A DNA stretch of 44,042 bases from a virus (lineage: Duplodnaviria; Caudoviricetes), in the IMG/VR virus record IMGVR_UViG_3300033489_000019, positions 1-44,042 of that record, one strand, 5' to 3'. Both the position numbers and the translations under genes were made by a program. The notes under the pieces are model-generated. The model was not told the DNA's origin, did not search any database, and worked only from the letters and a program-made list of their open reading frames with translations. Positions 29,048-37,911 of this stretch are shown here, piece by piece. Each line of letters opens with the position of its first letter. Within the stretch, counting starts at the first letter, position 1.

Positions 29048-29500
29048 ATGACAAACGAAGAATTGATTATATTAAAAGCAGAAATAGACAAGCCTTTGTA
29101 TGCCAATAAATCTAATATAGATATTGCAAATATGCTGGATGATGTTAACCAAAATCCAGACAATGATTTGGGTGATAGACTGGATTATACGCCAGCCCAA
29201 ATATTGGAATGTTATTTAGATCCCAATGGGGATTTTATACTTGAAGTATTTACGATGAATGATACACAAATAAATTACATTGATAGTATGCGTAGGGAAT
29301 GTTTGCAATTTAAACACACGCCTAATTCTATAAAATCCATGAGGATTTTAGTATCTGTAATTTTTGGAGATATTCCTACCATATGTAATAATATTCTTGC
29401 AATGTCATATCAAAAAATAAGCAAAGCCAAATTCTTATTCCCTGGCACAGAAGTAACGTATTGGGATGTAGAAGCAGCTAAGCTGATTGGGGGTAATTAA
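29048..29500 (+). CDS. Hypothetical protein
   Basis: GGAGG RBS, 150 aa. Confidence 0.7.
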   Translation: MTNEELIILKAEIDKPLYANKSNIDIANMLDDVNQNPDNDLGDRLDYTPAQILECYLDPNGDFILEVFTMNDTQINYIDSMRRECLQFKHTPNSIKSMRILVSVIFGDIPTICNNILAMSYQKISKAKFLFPGTEVTYWDVEAAKLIGGN

Positions 29501-30183
29501 TGTCAACATCAATTAAACCAGTAAAAGTTAAACAGACTGCTTTGCTAACATTGCAAACTGTTGCGACATATGCAAATTCAGCGGGCGCCGGAATAGCCCG
29601 GTCTGCCGAATTAGATGTATCGCAATATATTTCTGGTAGGGTTGTGGCTAGGATAGGTCGAACTGTTGTTACGGCATTCACAGCCGGAACGGAAGTGAAA
29701 GTATTAATTAGGGCTCGGGGTAAAGATGATGCCGCCAAAGATTCATGGAGTGATATTGTAAATAGAGGCACAGGGTCTATGGTTGCATGTAATACTAATG
29801 CCTTAACAGCAGGGGGCGGAGCCGCCGGATCAGGTCAATCTGCGGCGGCATTGACAATGTCCGCAAATGCCGCCATTAATTATGTTACCAACACAACAGG
29901 AAACGAAATATTATATTTTAAAAATGCCACTGTAGGTAACGGTGAATTCCATAGGGCGGTTTATGCTTCTACAGCTTCTACTGCTTTATGGATCGCTGAA
30001 GATTTGACACGGGAACAAAACAGCGGGAATCTATATAACGGGAGCACGGAAATAACGGAAGAGTTAGACCTATCGAATATTAGCGAGATTGAAGCGGTAG
30101 TGCTAAATAATACTGGCGTCGATGTTGACGTCGAAATATTTTTAGAAACTCTTAATAATTATCAATCTACTACGGACGCTTAA
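29500..30183 (+). CDS. Probable virion protein
   Basis: Ala/Thr/Gly-rich, coupled start. Confidence 0.6.
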   Translation: MSTSIKPVKVKQTALLTLQTVATYANSAGAGIARSAELDVSQYISGRVVARIGRTVVTAFTAGTEVKVLIRARGKDDAAKDSWSDIVNRGTGSMVACNTNALTAGGGAAGSGQSAAALTMSANAAINYVTNTTGNEILYFKNATVGNGEFHRAVYASTASTALWIAEDLTREQNSGNLYNGSTEITEELDLSNISEIEAVVLNNTGVDVDVEIFLETLNNYQSTTDA

Positions 30184-30188
30184 AAAAT

Positions 30189-31331
30189 ATGAAGCAAAAA
30201 TTTCGTCACAATAAACCATCTGTCGGGTGTAAATTAAATAATGGGGTAAACCTTGTTAAAGGATTATCCCATTATTGGCTTATGAACGAAGATAATGGAA
30301 TTAAAGTACATAATATAGTATCTGATAATGATCATGGTAGATTCCTTTCTACAAAACTTGCCCAGTGGGCAGGTGCAGGAGGGAAAAGAGGGATATATCT
30401 TCCTAAAAATGCAGGATTAATCGAAGTTCCTGCGGTTGCTGGCGGATTTATAAAAAATGTAAATGTCGGTTTTTCTGTTGGATTATGGTTTTACAAGTCT
30501 GATATGTCAATTACAAATGATTACGGATTTACAGTTGGAACTTCAATTCAGTTGTTGGGAAATTATTTGGGTGAATGGTATTTCAACACCTCCGCAGTTG
30601 CCTATCAGGTAACGCCAATAAAAGAAGTTTTGGCTGGTAAATGGCATTATGTTGTGGGGACATTATCCAAAAACACTCAATGCTTATATCTCAATGGCAA
30701 ATTAGTTGCAAGAAGTTCAGGAAGTTATACTATTCCAAATCCGATAACAGATTTAATCTTTGGGGGATTATCTGATACAAGTGGAAATTTTCATGGATAT
30801 ATTGATTCCGTACAATTATGGCAACGACCAATTTCAGAGGGTGAGGTGAAATGGAGTTACCAAAACCCTTATGGGATGGCGAAATATAGCAATATTCTTT
30901 TAATTGATTCAATTGTTGAAACTCCTTCAGCTCCCACAAGCGTTTCAGCAGTCGCAGGAGATGAGCAGGTAACAGTATCTTGGGATGCAGTAGCGGGAGC
31001 AACTTCTTATAACATCTATTGGAAAACTTCTAGTCCTGTTACACAGTTAAATGGAACAAAAATAACAGGCGTTACAAGCCCATACATTCATACTGGGTTG
31101 ACTAATGGTGTTCCAATTTACTACGTAGTAACGGCTGTTGGAACAGGTGGGGAAAGTGCTGATTCGTCCGAAGTTAATGCTACACCCACAGGGGCTACTA
31201 TTGGCACATGGCTATCGCCGGTGTTTTCGGCTAATAAAAACATAAATTTCCCAGGTAAAAGATTTATATGGATAGATGGAACTTTTGATGATACGGAAGT
31301 TAATGCAAATGGTGATGTGTCTTTAAAATGA
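30189..31331 (+). CDS. LamG/concanavalin-like plus fibronectin type III protein (receptor-binding/adhesin candidate)
   Basis: GKWHYVVGT...LYLNG...FHGYIDSV; APTSVSAVAGDEQVTVSW...YYVVTAV...ES. Confidence 0.8.
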   Translation: MKQKFRHNKPSVGCKLNNGVNLVKGLSHYWLMNEDNGIKVHNIVSDNDHGRFLSTKLAQWAGAGGKRGIYLPKNAGLIEVPAVAGGFIKNVNVGFSVGLWFYKSDMSITNDYGFTVGTSIQLLGNYLGEWYFNTSAVAYQVTPIKEVLAGKWHYVVGTLSKNTQCLYLNGKLVARSSGSYTIPNPITDLIFGGLSDTSGNFHGYIDSVQLWQRPISEGEVKWSYQNPYGMAKYSNILLIDSIVETPSAPTSVSAVAGDEQVTVSWDAVAGATSYNIYWKTSSPVTQLNGTKITGVTSPYIHTGLTNGVPIYYVVTAVGTGGESADSSEVNATPTGATIGTWLSPVFSANKNINFPGKRFIWIDGTFDDTEVNANGDVSLK

Positions 31332-31606
31332 AAAAAATAATTATTTTAATCTTATTATTATCTGTTAGAATAACAGCAGACACAACAAAAACTATTATTT
31401 TAACGGTATCCATTAATCCATATAAAACTGATTTTAATTCCGATGGTGTTACTGATACATTAGATTTAAAATTATTTATGGTTAGGTATAATACAAAATA
31501 TTCAAGAGGTTCAAAATATGATCTGAATAAAATAAAAAAATCAGGATACTATACAGTTGATATAGACGATCTAAAAATATTTTTAAAATATATGGAGTTA
31601 AAATGA
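31328..31606 (+). CDS. Signal-peptide protein with dockerin-like duplicated Ca-binding motifs
   Basis: DFNSDGVTDTLDL...YDLN...VDIDDL. Confidence 0.65.
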   Translation: MKKIIILILLLSVRITADTTKTIILTVSINPYKTDFNSDGVTDTLDLKLFMVRYNTKYSRGSKYDLNKIKKSGYYTVDIDDLKIFLKYMELK

Positions 31607-32043
31607 TAGAAAATCGTCAGAAAGCTATAAAGTTATTGTGGAAATTAGAAGGATTCTCAAGCAATCTTCCTGATGACGATCCTACAATTTTAGGAGTGAA
31701 TTCAAGGTTTCATCCGGATACTTATAATGAATTGAAAGCTCATAGTTCTGATCCAGAAGCTTGTTTTAAAATTGCTGAAATATTTTATTTTAAAAATTTT
31801 TGGTTACGATATAATTGCGATGCTTTACCGGATAAAATTGATATTCTTTATTTTGTTACTGCTGTTAATACGCCCCGGGGCGAAAAGATGATGGCTTTAT
31901 CCATAGATAATTTTGAGAATGAATGTTTGGACGCTATTTTATATTATTCGCAGACAAAAAACACTGATAATCGGAAGTTAGGATTAATAAATAGGGTGTT
32001 AAGGGTTTGGCAGGCTTTAAATGAAGGGAATGTAACGATATGA
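31603..32043 (+). CDS. Endolysin candidate, GH108-like
   Basis: LEG...D.DPT.LGV...YFKNFW....CD.LP...TAVN. Confidence 0.6.
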   Translation: MIENRQKAIKLLWKLEGFSSNLPDDDPTILGVNSRFHPDTYNELKAHSSDPEACFKIAEIFYFKNFWLRYNCDALPDKIDILYFVTAVNTPRGEKMMALSIDNFENECLDAILYYSQTKNTDNRKLGLINRVLRVWQALNEGNVTI

Positions 32044-32324
32044 TATTAAAAATCCTTAATAAAATATGCAAAGGCTGGGTAACTGAATATAAATTTCATC
32101 CTGAACGGCGATGGCGCGCGGATTATTGTAATCCTGAACAGAAAATAATAATAGAACAGAACGGAGGCGTATGGACCGGCGGACGCCATACATCAGGTTC
32201 AGGGTTTGTTAAGGACATGGAAAAGTTAAATGCGGCAACAGTATTAGGATATAGGATTTTGCAATATACTCCACAACAAATAAATAAATTTGAATTTATC
32301 CAAGATATTGAAAAACTAATATAG
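32040..32324 (+). CDS. Small PD-(D/E)XK (Vsr/DUF559-like) endonuclease
   Basis: EYKFHPERRWRADY...IEQNGGVW..GRH...DMEKLN. Confidence 0.8.
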   Translation: MILKILNKICKGWVTEYKFHPERRWRADYCNPEQKIIIEQNGGVWTGGRHTSGSGFVKDMEKLNAATVLGYRILQYTPQQINKFEFIQDIEKLI

Positions 32325-32334
32325 GAGATAACTT

Positions 32335-32616
32335 ATGCCGAAAGAAGACGATCACCACAGAGCAAATGACGTTTCGTTGGATTCTGTAAACGCCGTACTA
32401 ATTTTATTAAAAGATGAAATTAAAGAGTTTAAGGAAATACAAAAAGATGGTTTCCGGGAAGTCAAAGAAACCCATAAGGCGATGTGGAGTAAAATTGATA
32501 TCCAGAATGAGAAGATCCAAAAATTAGAAACAAAGACATCAAATATTGAATTAAAATTGGTAGGGGTAGGAGTAGGTGTCACTATGGCTTGGGACTGGCT
32601 AAAGAACAAATTATAA
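32335..32616 (+). CDS. Coiled-coil plus C-terminal TM protein (holin/XhlA-like)
   Basis: Architecture and lysis-region position. Confidence 0.5.
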   Translation: MPKEDDHHRANDVSLDSVNAVLILLKDEIKEFKEIQKDGFREVKETHKAMWSKIDIQNEKIQKLETKTSNIELKLVGVGVGVTMAWDWLKNKL

Positions 32617-32618
32617 AA

Positions 32619-32834
32619 ATGAAAAAACTCAACCTAATAATAAAAAAATTGAACGGCATGCACAATGGTGCTATAATTAATCAGTGTTTTGAGATATGCA
32701 GAACTGATAAGAAGTTATTTAATCAGTTAAAAAAACATAGACGAGAATCAAACGATTTTGGTATAATTGATTTTGATTATATTGAGAAGGAAGTTAATAA
32801 AAGCAAAGGAGTAAATGATGGACGAAATTTTTAG
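32619..32834 (+). CDS. Hypothetical protein
   Basis: Fills the gap between neighbours; start at MKKLN. Confidence 0.45.
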   Translation: MKKLNLIIKKLNGMHNGAIINQCFEICRTDKKLFNQLKKHRRESNDFGIIDFDYIEKEVNKSKGVNDGRNF

Positions 32835-33138
32835 TAAAATAGTATCTTTAATAACATCACCTTTAACCGGGTGGATCGTAAGTATTGGTTTAGGAATAAT
32901 TTTTAAAACCAAACTGAATCAGGCACTTGCAGTAATATCAATTTTAATTGACGGAGTGGAAGAGTTCGATGAGAATGTAAAAGATATTATTACGGACGCT
33001 CAGGAAAAGAAATTAGATACTATTAAGGAATGGATTAACGGAAAATTAACAAAAGCAGGAGTTGATAAAAAAAAGATTGTCAATAAAATGTTAGAAGAAA
33101 AAGGGATTTTAGGAAGTAACGAATCCCCGCATTTATAA
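32815..33138 (+). CDS. Holin-like membrane protein
   Basis: N-terminal hydrophobic helix, charged C-terminus. Confidence 0.5.
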   Translation: MMDEIFSKIVSLITSPLTGWIVSIGLGIIFKTKLNQALAVISILIDGVEEFDENVKDIITDAQEKKLDTIKEWINGKLTKAGVDKKKIVNKMLEEKGILGSNESPHL

Positions 33139-33345
33139 ATAATAGTTTCCCCCAGAGCCGGAACGTGTGCCAGACCACTAATCCGGCTTTCCCCTCCACA
33201 AACTAACCAAATAAGCCACACCTGCCTATTACTTTTAAATAATCGTCGCTCTCCGATAAGATTTAAGCGATTCCATTCTATAATTTCATGTGTTTTTAAC
33301 TAAAAGTGCTATTTTGGGTATGTTTTTTGAGTTCTTTTGATATTT

Positions 33346-33957
33346 TCAAAACATCACCATTTGTTTTTTATGGTTTTCAAATCGTTCAACTGCTTTATCA
33401 TAATAACTTTTATCTATTTCGTAACCTTCAAGATCGTAACCTAAGTCATGGGCGGCGATGGCGATACTTCCAGAGCCGAGGTGCGTATCGAGTATTTTAT
33501 CGCCTTGTTTGGCATATTTTGTTAATAGCCATTTATATAAGGCGACTGGTTTTTGTGTGGGATGAATTTTATCTCCAGTCCGGTTGTCAAATTTAAAAAG
33601 TTTTGCTGGAACATTAAAAGATGTCCATGCAAATTCCCATGCTGAAAAGTTTTCCCATGGTTGCACTTTATCCCAACAAATAATTCCTCTAGTTGGTGGT
33701 AGTGAGAAATAATTTCCACCCCAAATAATTTGATTTTCACTTACTCTAAATAATTCCTTAAAATAATTCTCGGTAGGAGCAACATCCCATTTTTTTAATT
33801 CAGATGTGCTTTCATTCATTATTCTGCCAACTAATTTACCGGCACTGCCCCAAACTTTAGGTATTCCGTATGGCGGATCTACTAAAGCTATTTGGAATTG
33901 TTTATCTTGCATTGTTTTAAACGCTTCCAAACAGTCTTGGTTATATAGATTTATCAC
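33346..33957 (-). CDS. DNA N6-adenine/N4-cytosine methyltransferase (beta class)
   Basis: DPPY...HPTQKP...LDTHLGSGS. Confidence 0.92.
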   Translation of the reverse strand: MINLYNQDCLEAFKTMQDKQFQIALVDPPYGIPKVWGSAGKLVGRIMNESTSELKKWDVAPTENYFKELFRVSENQIIWGGNYFSLPPTRGIICWDKVQPWENFSAWEFAWTSFNVPAKLFKFDNRTGDKIHPTQKPVALYKWLLTKYAKQGDKILDTHLGSGSIAIAAHDLGYDLEGYEIDKSYYDKAVERFENHKKQMVMF

Positions 33958-34247
33958 TTTTATAAATACCTTTCATTTTTGGATTAACCTTTTAAAAGTT
34001 TTAATATAACATCTTTTATTATCTCTATGTTTTTGTCATGTATTATTTTCCCAAGGTCATCTAGTCTTCCATTTACATTATAATAATAGACAGAATCTAA
34101 CTTCTTTAGTAGCGTTGTTTCATCTGGAACAAAGCAAATCTTGCCCTCGGAATAATACCTTGTTATAAAAATAATTGTTTAAGTTTTTCTAAAAATGTTT
34201 TTCGATTCTCATAACTTTTCATAATTATATTTAAATTATGTAATGCG

Positions 34248-34490
34248 TTATTTTTCTTCTGTGTAATTAATATTTTGGCACATGCAATCATGGTATGCGT
34301 CTTCGGAAACATCCGCCACAATATTAAATATTTTTATCATGTTTATTGTTTCGGAATATCTACAAACATGAAATTTTACTGTGCTAAAAATACAATTTCC
34401 ATAATGTGGTTCACTATTATTTTTACAGAATAATTCGCATTCTGATTGTTTTAGAAACTTACATTTATATTTATTTTCTAATTGACTCAT
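34248..34490 (-). CDS. Cys-rich hypothetical protein
   Basis: AGGGG RBS, 80 aa. Confidence 0.6.
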   Translation of the reverse strand: MSQLENKYKCKFLKQSECELFCKNNSEPHYGNCIFSTVKFHVCRYSETINMIKIFNIVADVSEDAYHDCMCQNINYTEEK

Positions 34491-34511
34491 TAGTTCCCCT
34501 TTCTAAGTTTT

Positions 34512-34558
34512 CCTGTACAAACTGCTGAACGCCATTTGGCGTTAGCTTATTGTTATAA
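34512..34558 (+). other. Short attC-like site (array 2, site A; degenerate R'')
   Basis: CCTGTAC-AAACT-GCTGAAC-GCCATTTGGC-GTTAGCT-TATT-GTTATAA. Confidence 0.6.
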
Positions 34559-34592
34559 AACTTTGCGCGAACAGCCTCGCAGTTCAAACGCT

Positions 34593-35195
34593 TCATCTGT
34601 TTGCCTCAAAGAATGCCTGTGCGAATCCCTGTGAACATAAAGAACGAAACGACATATCATCTTCAACCGTGAAGCAGTCAAACTCTCGGATGCTGTTCTT
34701 CGCACTCTTGTGCAAAAAAGCCATGCTCGGCTTTGGTCTTCCCGGCCTCACATACAAATCAGGGTTCTTCGGGACATCCTCCCATCTGTAATACTTCGGA
34801 ACCGGCTTGTTAAACTTGCCCCACAATGCCGTTCTTTTCGTCCATGGGCTTCCAAACATCCACGGTTCATATGTCATCACAGGTTTTCCGAGAAAGTCCT
34901 TGAGTCGTCCCGTTGCAGGGTTCTCAATCGTCCAGAATGTCGGATCACACTCTTTGATTATCCGCAGGCATTCATTCACCAGAAACATGCCCTTTTCATA
35001 ATCCCCGGTCTTGTGAAAGCCAGAAGCAACGCTGAACTCAGTGCATACCGGATTCGCAATCACTCCATGCACATTTTCAGGCGGGTGGTAATTCTCCACG
35101 CCAATGCTTCTACCAATCAATCGCACGTCATACCCTGCATCCTGATACGGCCTTGTATCAGAACCTATGTCTGCACATAAATGAATAATAATCAC
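34593..35195 (-). CDS. C5-cytosine DNA methyltransferase-like protein in an integron cassette
   Basis: ANPVCTEFS (PC-like motif IV), IENP (motif VI), KRTALWG; visibly GC-richer than the flanks. Confidence 0.75.
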   Translation of the reverse strand: MIIIHLCADIGSDTRPYQDAGYDVRLIGRSIGVENYHPPENVHGVIANPVCTEFSVASGFHKTGDYEKGMFLVNECLRIIKECDPTFWTIENPATGRLKDFLGKPVMTYEPWMFGSPWTKRTALWGKFNKPVPKYYRWEDVPKNPDLYVRPGRPKPSMAFLHKSAKNSIREFDCFTVEDDMSFRSLCSQGFAQAFFEANR

Positions 35196-35216
35196 AGCAA
35201 CAGCCCGCGCAAAATT

Positions 35217-35292
35217 TTATAACAAGTCATTCAACTTCGCTCCTTTCAGTCGCCCGACGCGGAAACCGCGCGGGTTAATTCCAGTGTTAATC
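35217..35292 (+). other. Integron attC site (array 2, site B)
   Basis: TTATAAC-AAGTC-ATTCAAC...GTTAATT-CCAGT-GTTAATC. Confidence 0.85.
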
Positions 35293-35508
35293 CTTCCAAA
35301 CAATGCTTTCAAGATACTTTACGTTGTGACGTTGAGTTTCCTTTCCGTCCACAATTTCATGTATCCATATTTCGTCCCGGTCGCCGTAGTAGAAGATACG
35401 CAAGATCAGTTCACGATTTTCGTCTGCGTGTATCATCCCGGGCTCTACACCTTGGAATACGATAGTTTTCACCTTGCTACCGTCAATAAAAGGCAAGTTC
35501 GGTTCCAT
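35287..35508 (-). CDS. Cassette-encoded hypothetical protein (73 aa; start re-called to MEPNLP)
   Basis: GAAAGGG RBS; stop codon lies inside the attC-B core site. Confidence 0.7.
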   Translation of the reverse strand: MEPNLPFIDGSKVKTIVFQGVEPGMIHADENRELILRIFYYGDRDEIWIHEIVDGKETQRHNVKYLESIVWKD

Positions 35509-35529
35509 GTTTCCCTTTCCGAATGACCG

Positions 35530-35578
35530 GATTAACCAGTCATTCGACCGCACAAGGGCGGTCAATTCCGCGTTATAT
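35530..35578 (+). other. Integron attC site (array 2, site C)
   Basis: GATTAAC-CAGTC-ATTCGAC-CGC..GCG-GTCAATT-CCGC-GTTATAT. Confidence 0.8.
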
Positions 35579-35648
35579 TTTTATTAAATTACTAAATTCT
35601 ATTGGCAATGAAATACCGATCATCTCTTGGCATCGTCGCCTCCTTTCG

Positions 35649-35689
35649 CCCAGCAGTGCAGCCGACCAAGCGGCGGCTGCACTGCTGGG
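35649..35689. repeat. Perfect 16-bp inverted repeat
   Basis: CCCAGCAGTGCAGCCG-9 nt-CGGCTGCACTGCTGGG. Confidence 0.85.
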
Positions 35690-35951
35690 TTACCCTTTTT
35701 TAATCAATAATGTTTCAATCCTTGTTTTAATGGATCGCCGACTTAAACACCTTTATAATGCGCTGCTATTTTGTAGACTAAAGGATTTATATTCTTAACT
35801 GCTTTATCCCATAATCTATCAAACGCAATGCTTGTTTTTCTTGTTTCTTCCTGAACTACCTTCCCTGTTTTTCTATCAATAATTTGCAATATAAAAACTT
35901 TCATTATGCATCTCTGTTTTATATTATTTCTTCTGCTTCTTCTGCCTAATG

Positions 35952-36725
35952 TTAATATTTTGTACTGGGTATTAATTTAACTCCCGAAATCTTTATTCCA
36001 GCCTCAAGCAATTTTTTTATTTCAATTTTACTTAATGGATCTGAACTAAATAACTGAAACATATTATTTTCCACTGCGTGAATAATAACTTCTTTGCTGT
36101 CAAATATTTCGACTATCATATTAACTTTTGATTTTACACCTTCTACAATCGATACAGGCACATTCAAAATTACTTCCTGTGAGGCAATCTCGACTTTGTT
36201 CGCCTGTACGGTCGCTTTCTGGTTTATCTTCTCAATTTGAGCCTCTAAAGCGGTTTTTTGAGCGGTTAAAAGTGATAATTCTTGCCCTTGAGCTGTTTTT
36301 AATTGTTCATCGACCGCTTTTAACTGGTTTTGTACATCCCCTGTCTTCGCAAGCAAGTCCGAAATTTTCTTTTCAGCCGCTTTTAATATCTTATCATTTT
36401 CTTTTTTTATTGCCTCTTCCATTTCTTGCTGTTTTTTAAGGCGTTCAGCCTCTTTTTTAGTGTCATAACTTATCATCGGGGCGGTTATAGCCTTAATTTT
36501 TTTATCAACTTCCTCAACAAGAGACTTTTCTCTTTGCGTTAAAGTTTTATGAGCCTTATTAGCCGCTTCTTTTGGCTCTTTAAAAAAGTCAACAATATAC
36601 TTTTTTTGAGCTTTTAATTTTTGTAGAAATTCATTAGCTTGTTTCATTTCATCATCATTATTTATAATGATGACAGGTATGCCTTTAACAACTTCTAAAA
36701 CTGATTTTTCAATTTCTTCTTGCAT
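35952..36725 (-). CDS. Coiled-coil protein of the recombination module
   Basis: FFKEPKEAANKAHK plus long heptads; next to the nuclease and RecT. Confidence 0.7.
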   Translation of the reverse strand: MQEEIEKSVLEVVKGIPVIIINNDDEMKQANEFLQKLKAQKKYIVDFFKEPKEAANKAHKTLTQREKSLVEEVDKKIKAITAPMISYDTKKEAERLKKQQEMEEAIKKENDKILKAAEKKISDLLAKTGDVQNQLKAVDEQLKTAQGQELSLLTAQKTALEAQIEKINQKATVQANKVEIASQEVILNVPVSIVEGVKSKVNMIVEIFDSKEVIIHAVENNMFQLFSSDPLSKIEIKKLLEAGIKISGVKLIPSTKY

Positions 36726-36897
36726 TATTTATCTCCTTCGAATGGTGTTTGTAATTGTTTATCATGTAATTCGTTTTGCAAACTTTCTATATTTTCTTCA
36801 ACTTCTTTCAGTTCACTTATGACTTGGCATAATGGACATTTTTTTTTATGACCATTATCCCAAACAATTTCTATATGACCGTCTGAACACATATCCA

Positions 36898-37542
36898 TTA
36901 TTTATTCCTTTCATAATTGTATGCTGTTAATTTTGCGTTAAAATAAATCCAGTCTTTTGTACTAGTAATTTCTACGGCTTTGCACCTATCACCATTTTTA
37001 GGGATTTTTAAAACATACCGTTTTGGCAAAATTCCTTTCTTGTAATTCAAGATTAAATCCGGGGTCCCGGCATATCCGTATTTTTCTGAATATAAAGGAA
37101 TTTCGCAAATATATCTGATATTTTTACTTCCAATTAATGATATTAAATGTTCATTCTCTTTTATCAATTGAGCATATCCAGATAACTGTGCCGCGACATT
37201 CCCTGTTGCTCCTGTTTTAAAATCAAAGACAATGAATTTTTTAAAAAGTGGGGCTTCCATAAGCCACCAATTTTTAAACTGATTTAACGCTGGTAACAAA
37301 TTTTCATCTAACGATCTCCAATCCAAATTATTTTCAATCAATAATTTTATCGCTTTATGAATTGCCGTTCCAAAATCAGCGGCATTTTTCATAACATCGC
37401 TGGGAATAGTTTTACCGGTATTTTTATTTACATAAATATTTAAATCTGGTAATTCTAACCATTCCCCGATGATCTGCGTAACGCTTGGGACAACAATTCC
37501 GTCCCAAACATATTCGTGTTTTTCTCCATCAAAAGTTAACAT
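36898..37542 (-). CDS. PD-(D/E)XK exonuclease-like protein with atypical motif order
   Basis: HEY...PSVTQII, GTAIH, DFKTG, QLSGYA, YAGTPD. Confidence 0.75.
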   Translation of the reverse strand: MLTFDGEKHEYVWDGIVVPSVTQIIGEWLELPDLNIYVNKNTGKTIPSDVMKNAADFGTAIHKAIKLLIENNLDWRSLDENLLPALNQFKNWWLMEAPLFKKFIVFDFKTGATGNVAAQLSGYAQLIKENEHLISLIGSKNIRYICEIPLYSEKYGYAGTPDLILNYKKGILPKRYVLKIPKNGDRCKAVEITSTKDWIYFNAKLTAYNYERNK

Positions 37543-37895
37543 AAAACCTTTCTGAAATTTGATAATTTTAAATTATCTGGTTTTGTAGAATCTTTTGTGT
37601 TTGGGACATAATATGCATGGGCAATAAATTCAAACCCTTTGACATCCTGTATATCATTTTCAAAATTGATATACCCCTCTTCATCTACTTCATATCCAAA
37701 CACAATAAGTAAACTTGTTAATTGCCCTGCAAAAAAGTTATATTTTAAGTTGCCTAACTCTGTTGCTAATTCAATTATCCTATAAACATAACTTGGCGCT
37801 ACTACCTCATCCCCAATATTTACAATTTTAAAATTGTAATCTTTGGTTTCCAGTTTAATAAACTCTTTTTCTGCCTTCATTCTTTGATCTCCCAT
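37536..37895 (-). CDS. Possible ssDNA-binding protein
   Basis: Between RecT and the nuclease; AAGGAG RBS before MGDQR; function inferred from position only. Confidence 0.4.
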   Translation of the reverse strand: MGDQRMKAEKEFIKLETKDYNFKIVNIGDEVVAPSYVYRIIELATELGNLKYNFFAGQLTSLLIVFGYEVDEEGYINFENDIQDVKGFEFIAHAYYVPNTKDSTKPDNLKLSNFRKVLC

Positions 37896-37911
37896 AGCTT
37901 TTTCTCCTTTT

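Noticed and set aside
27661-31331. Diversity-generating retroelement or invertible tail-fibre system
   Set aside because: No reverse transcriptase, invertase or TR/VR pair seen.
33960-34245. Further degenerate attC sites (GGATTAAC, GTTATAAAA)
   Set aside because: No paired L boxes or hairpin found; the region is AT-rich.
34710-35526. Plus-strand ORFs that would give the cassettes a canonical orientation
   Set aside because: No recognisable motifs or RBS, whereas the minus-strand ORFs have methyltransferase motifs or a good RBS.
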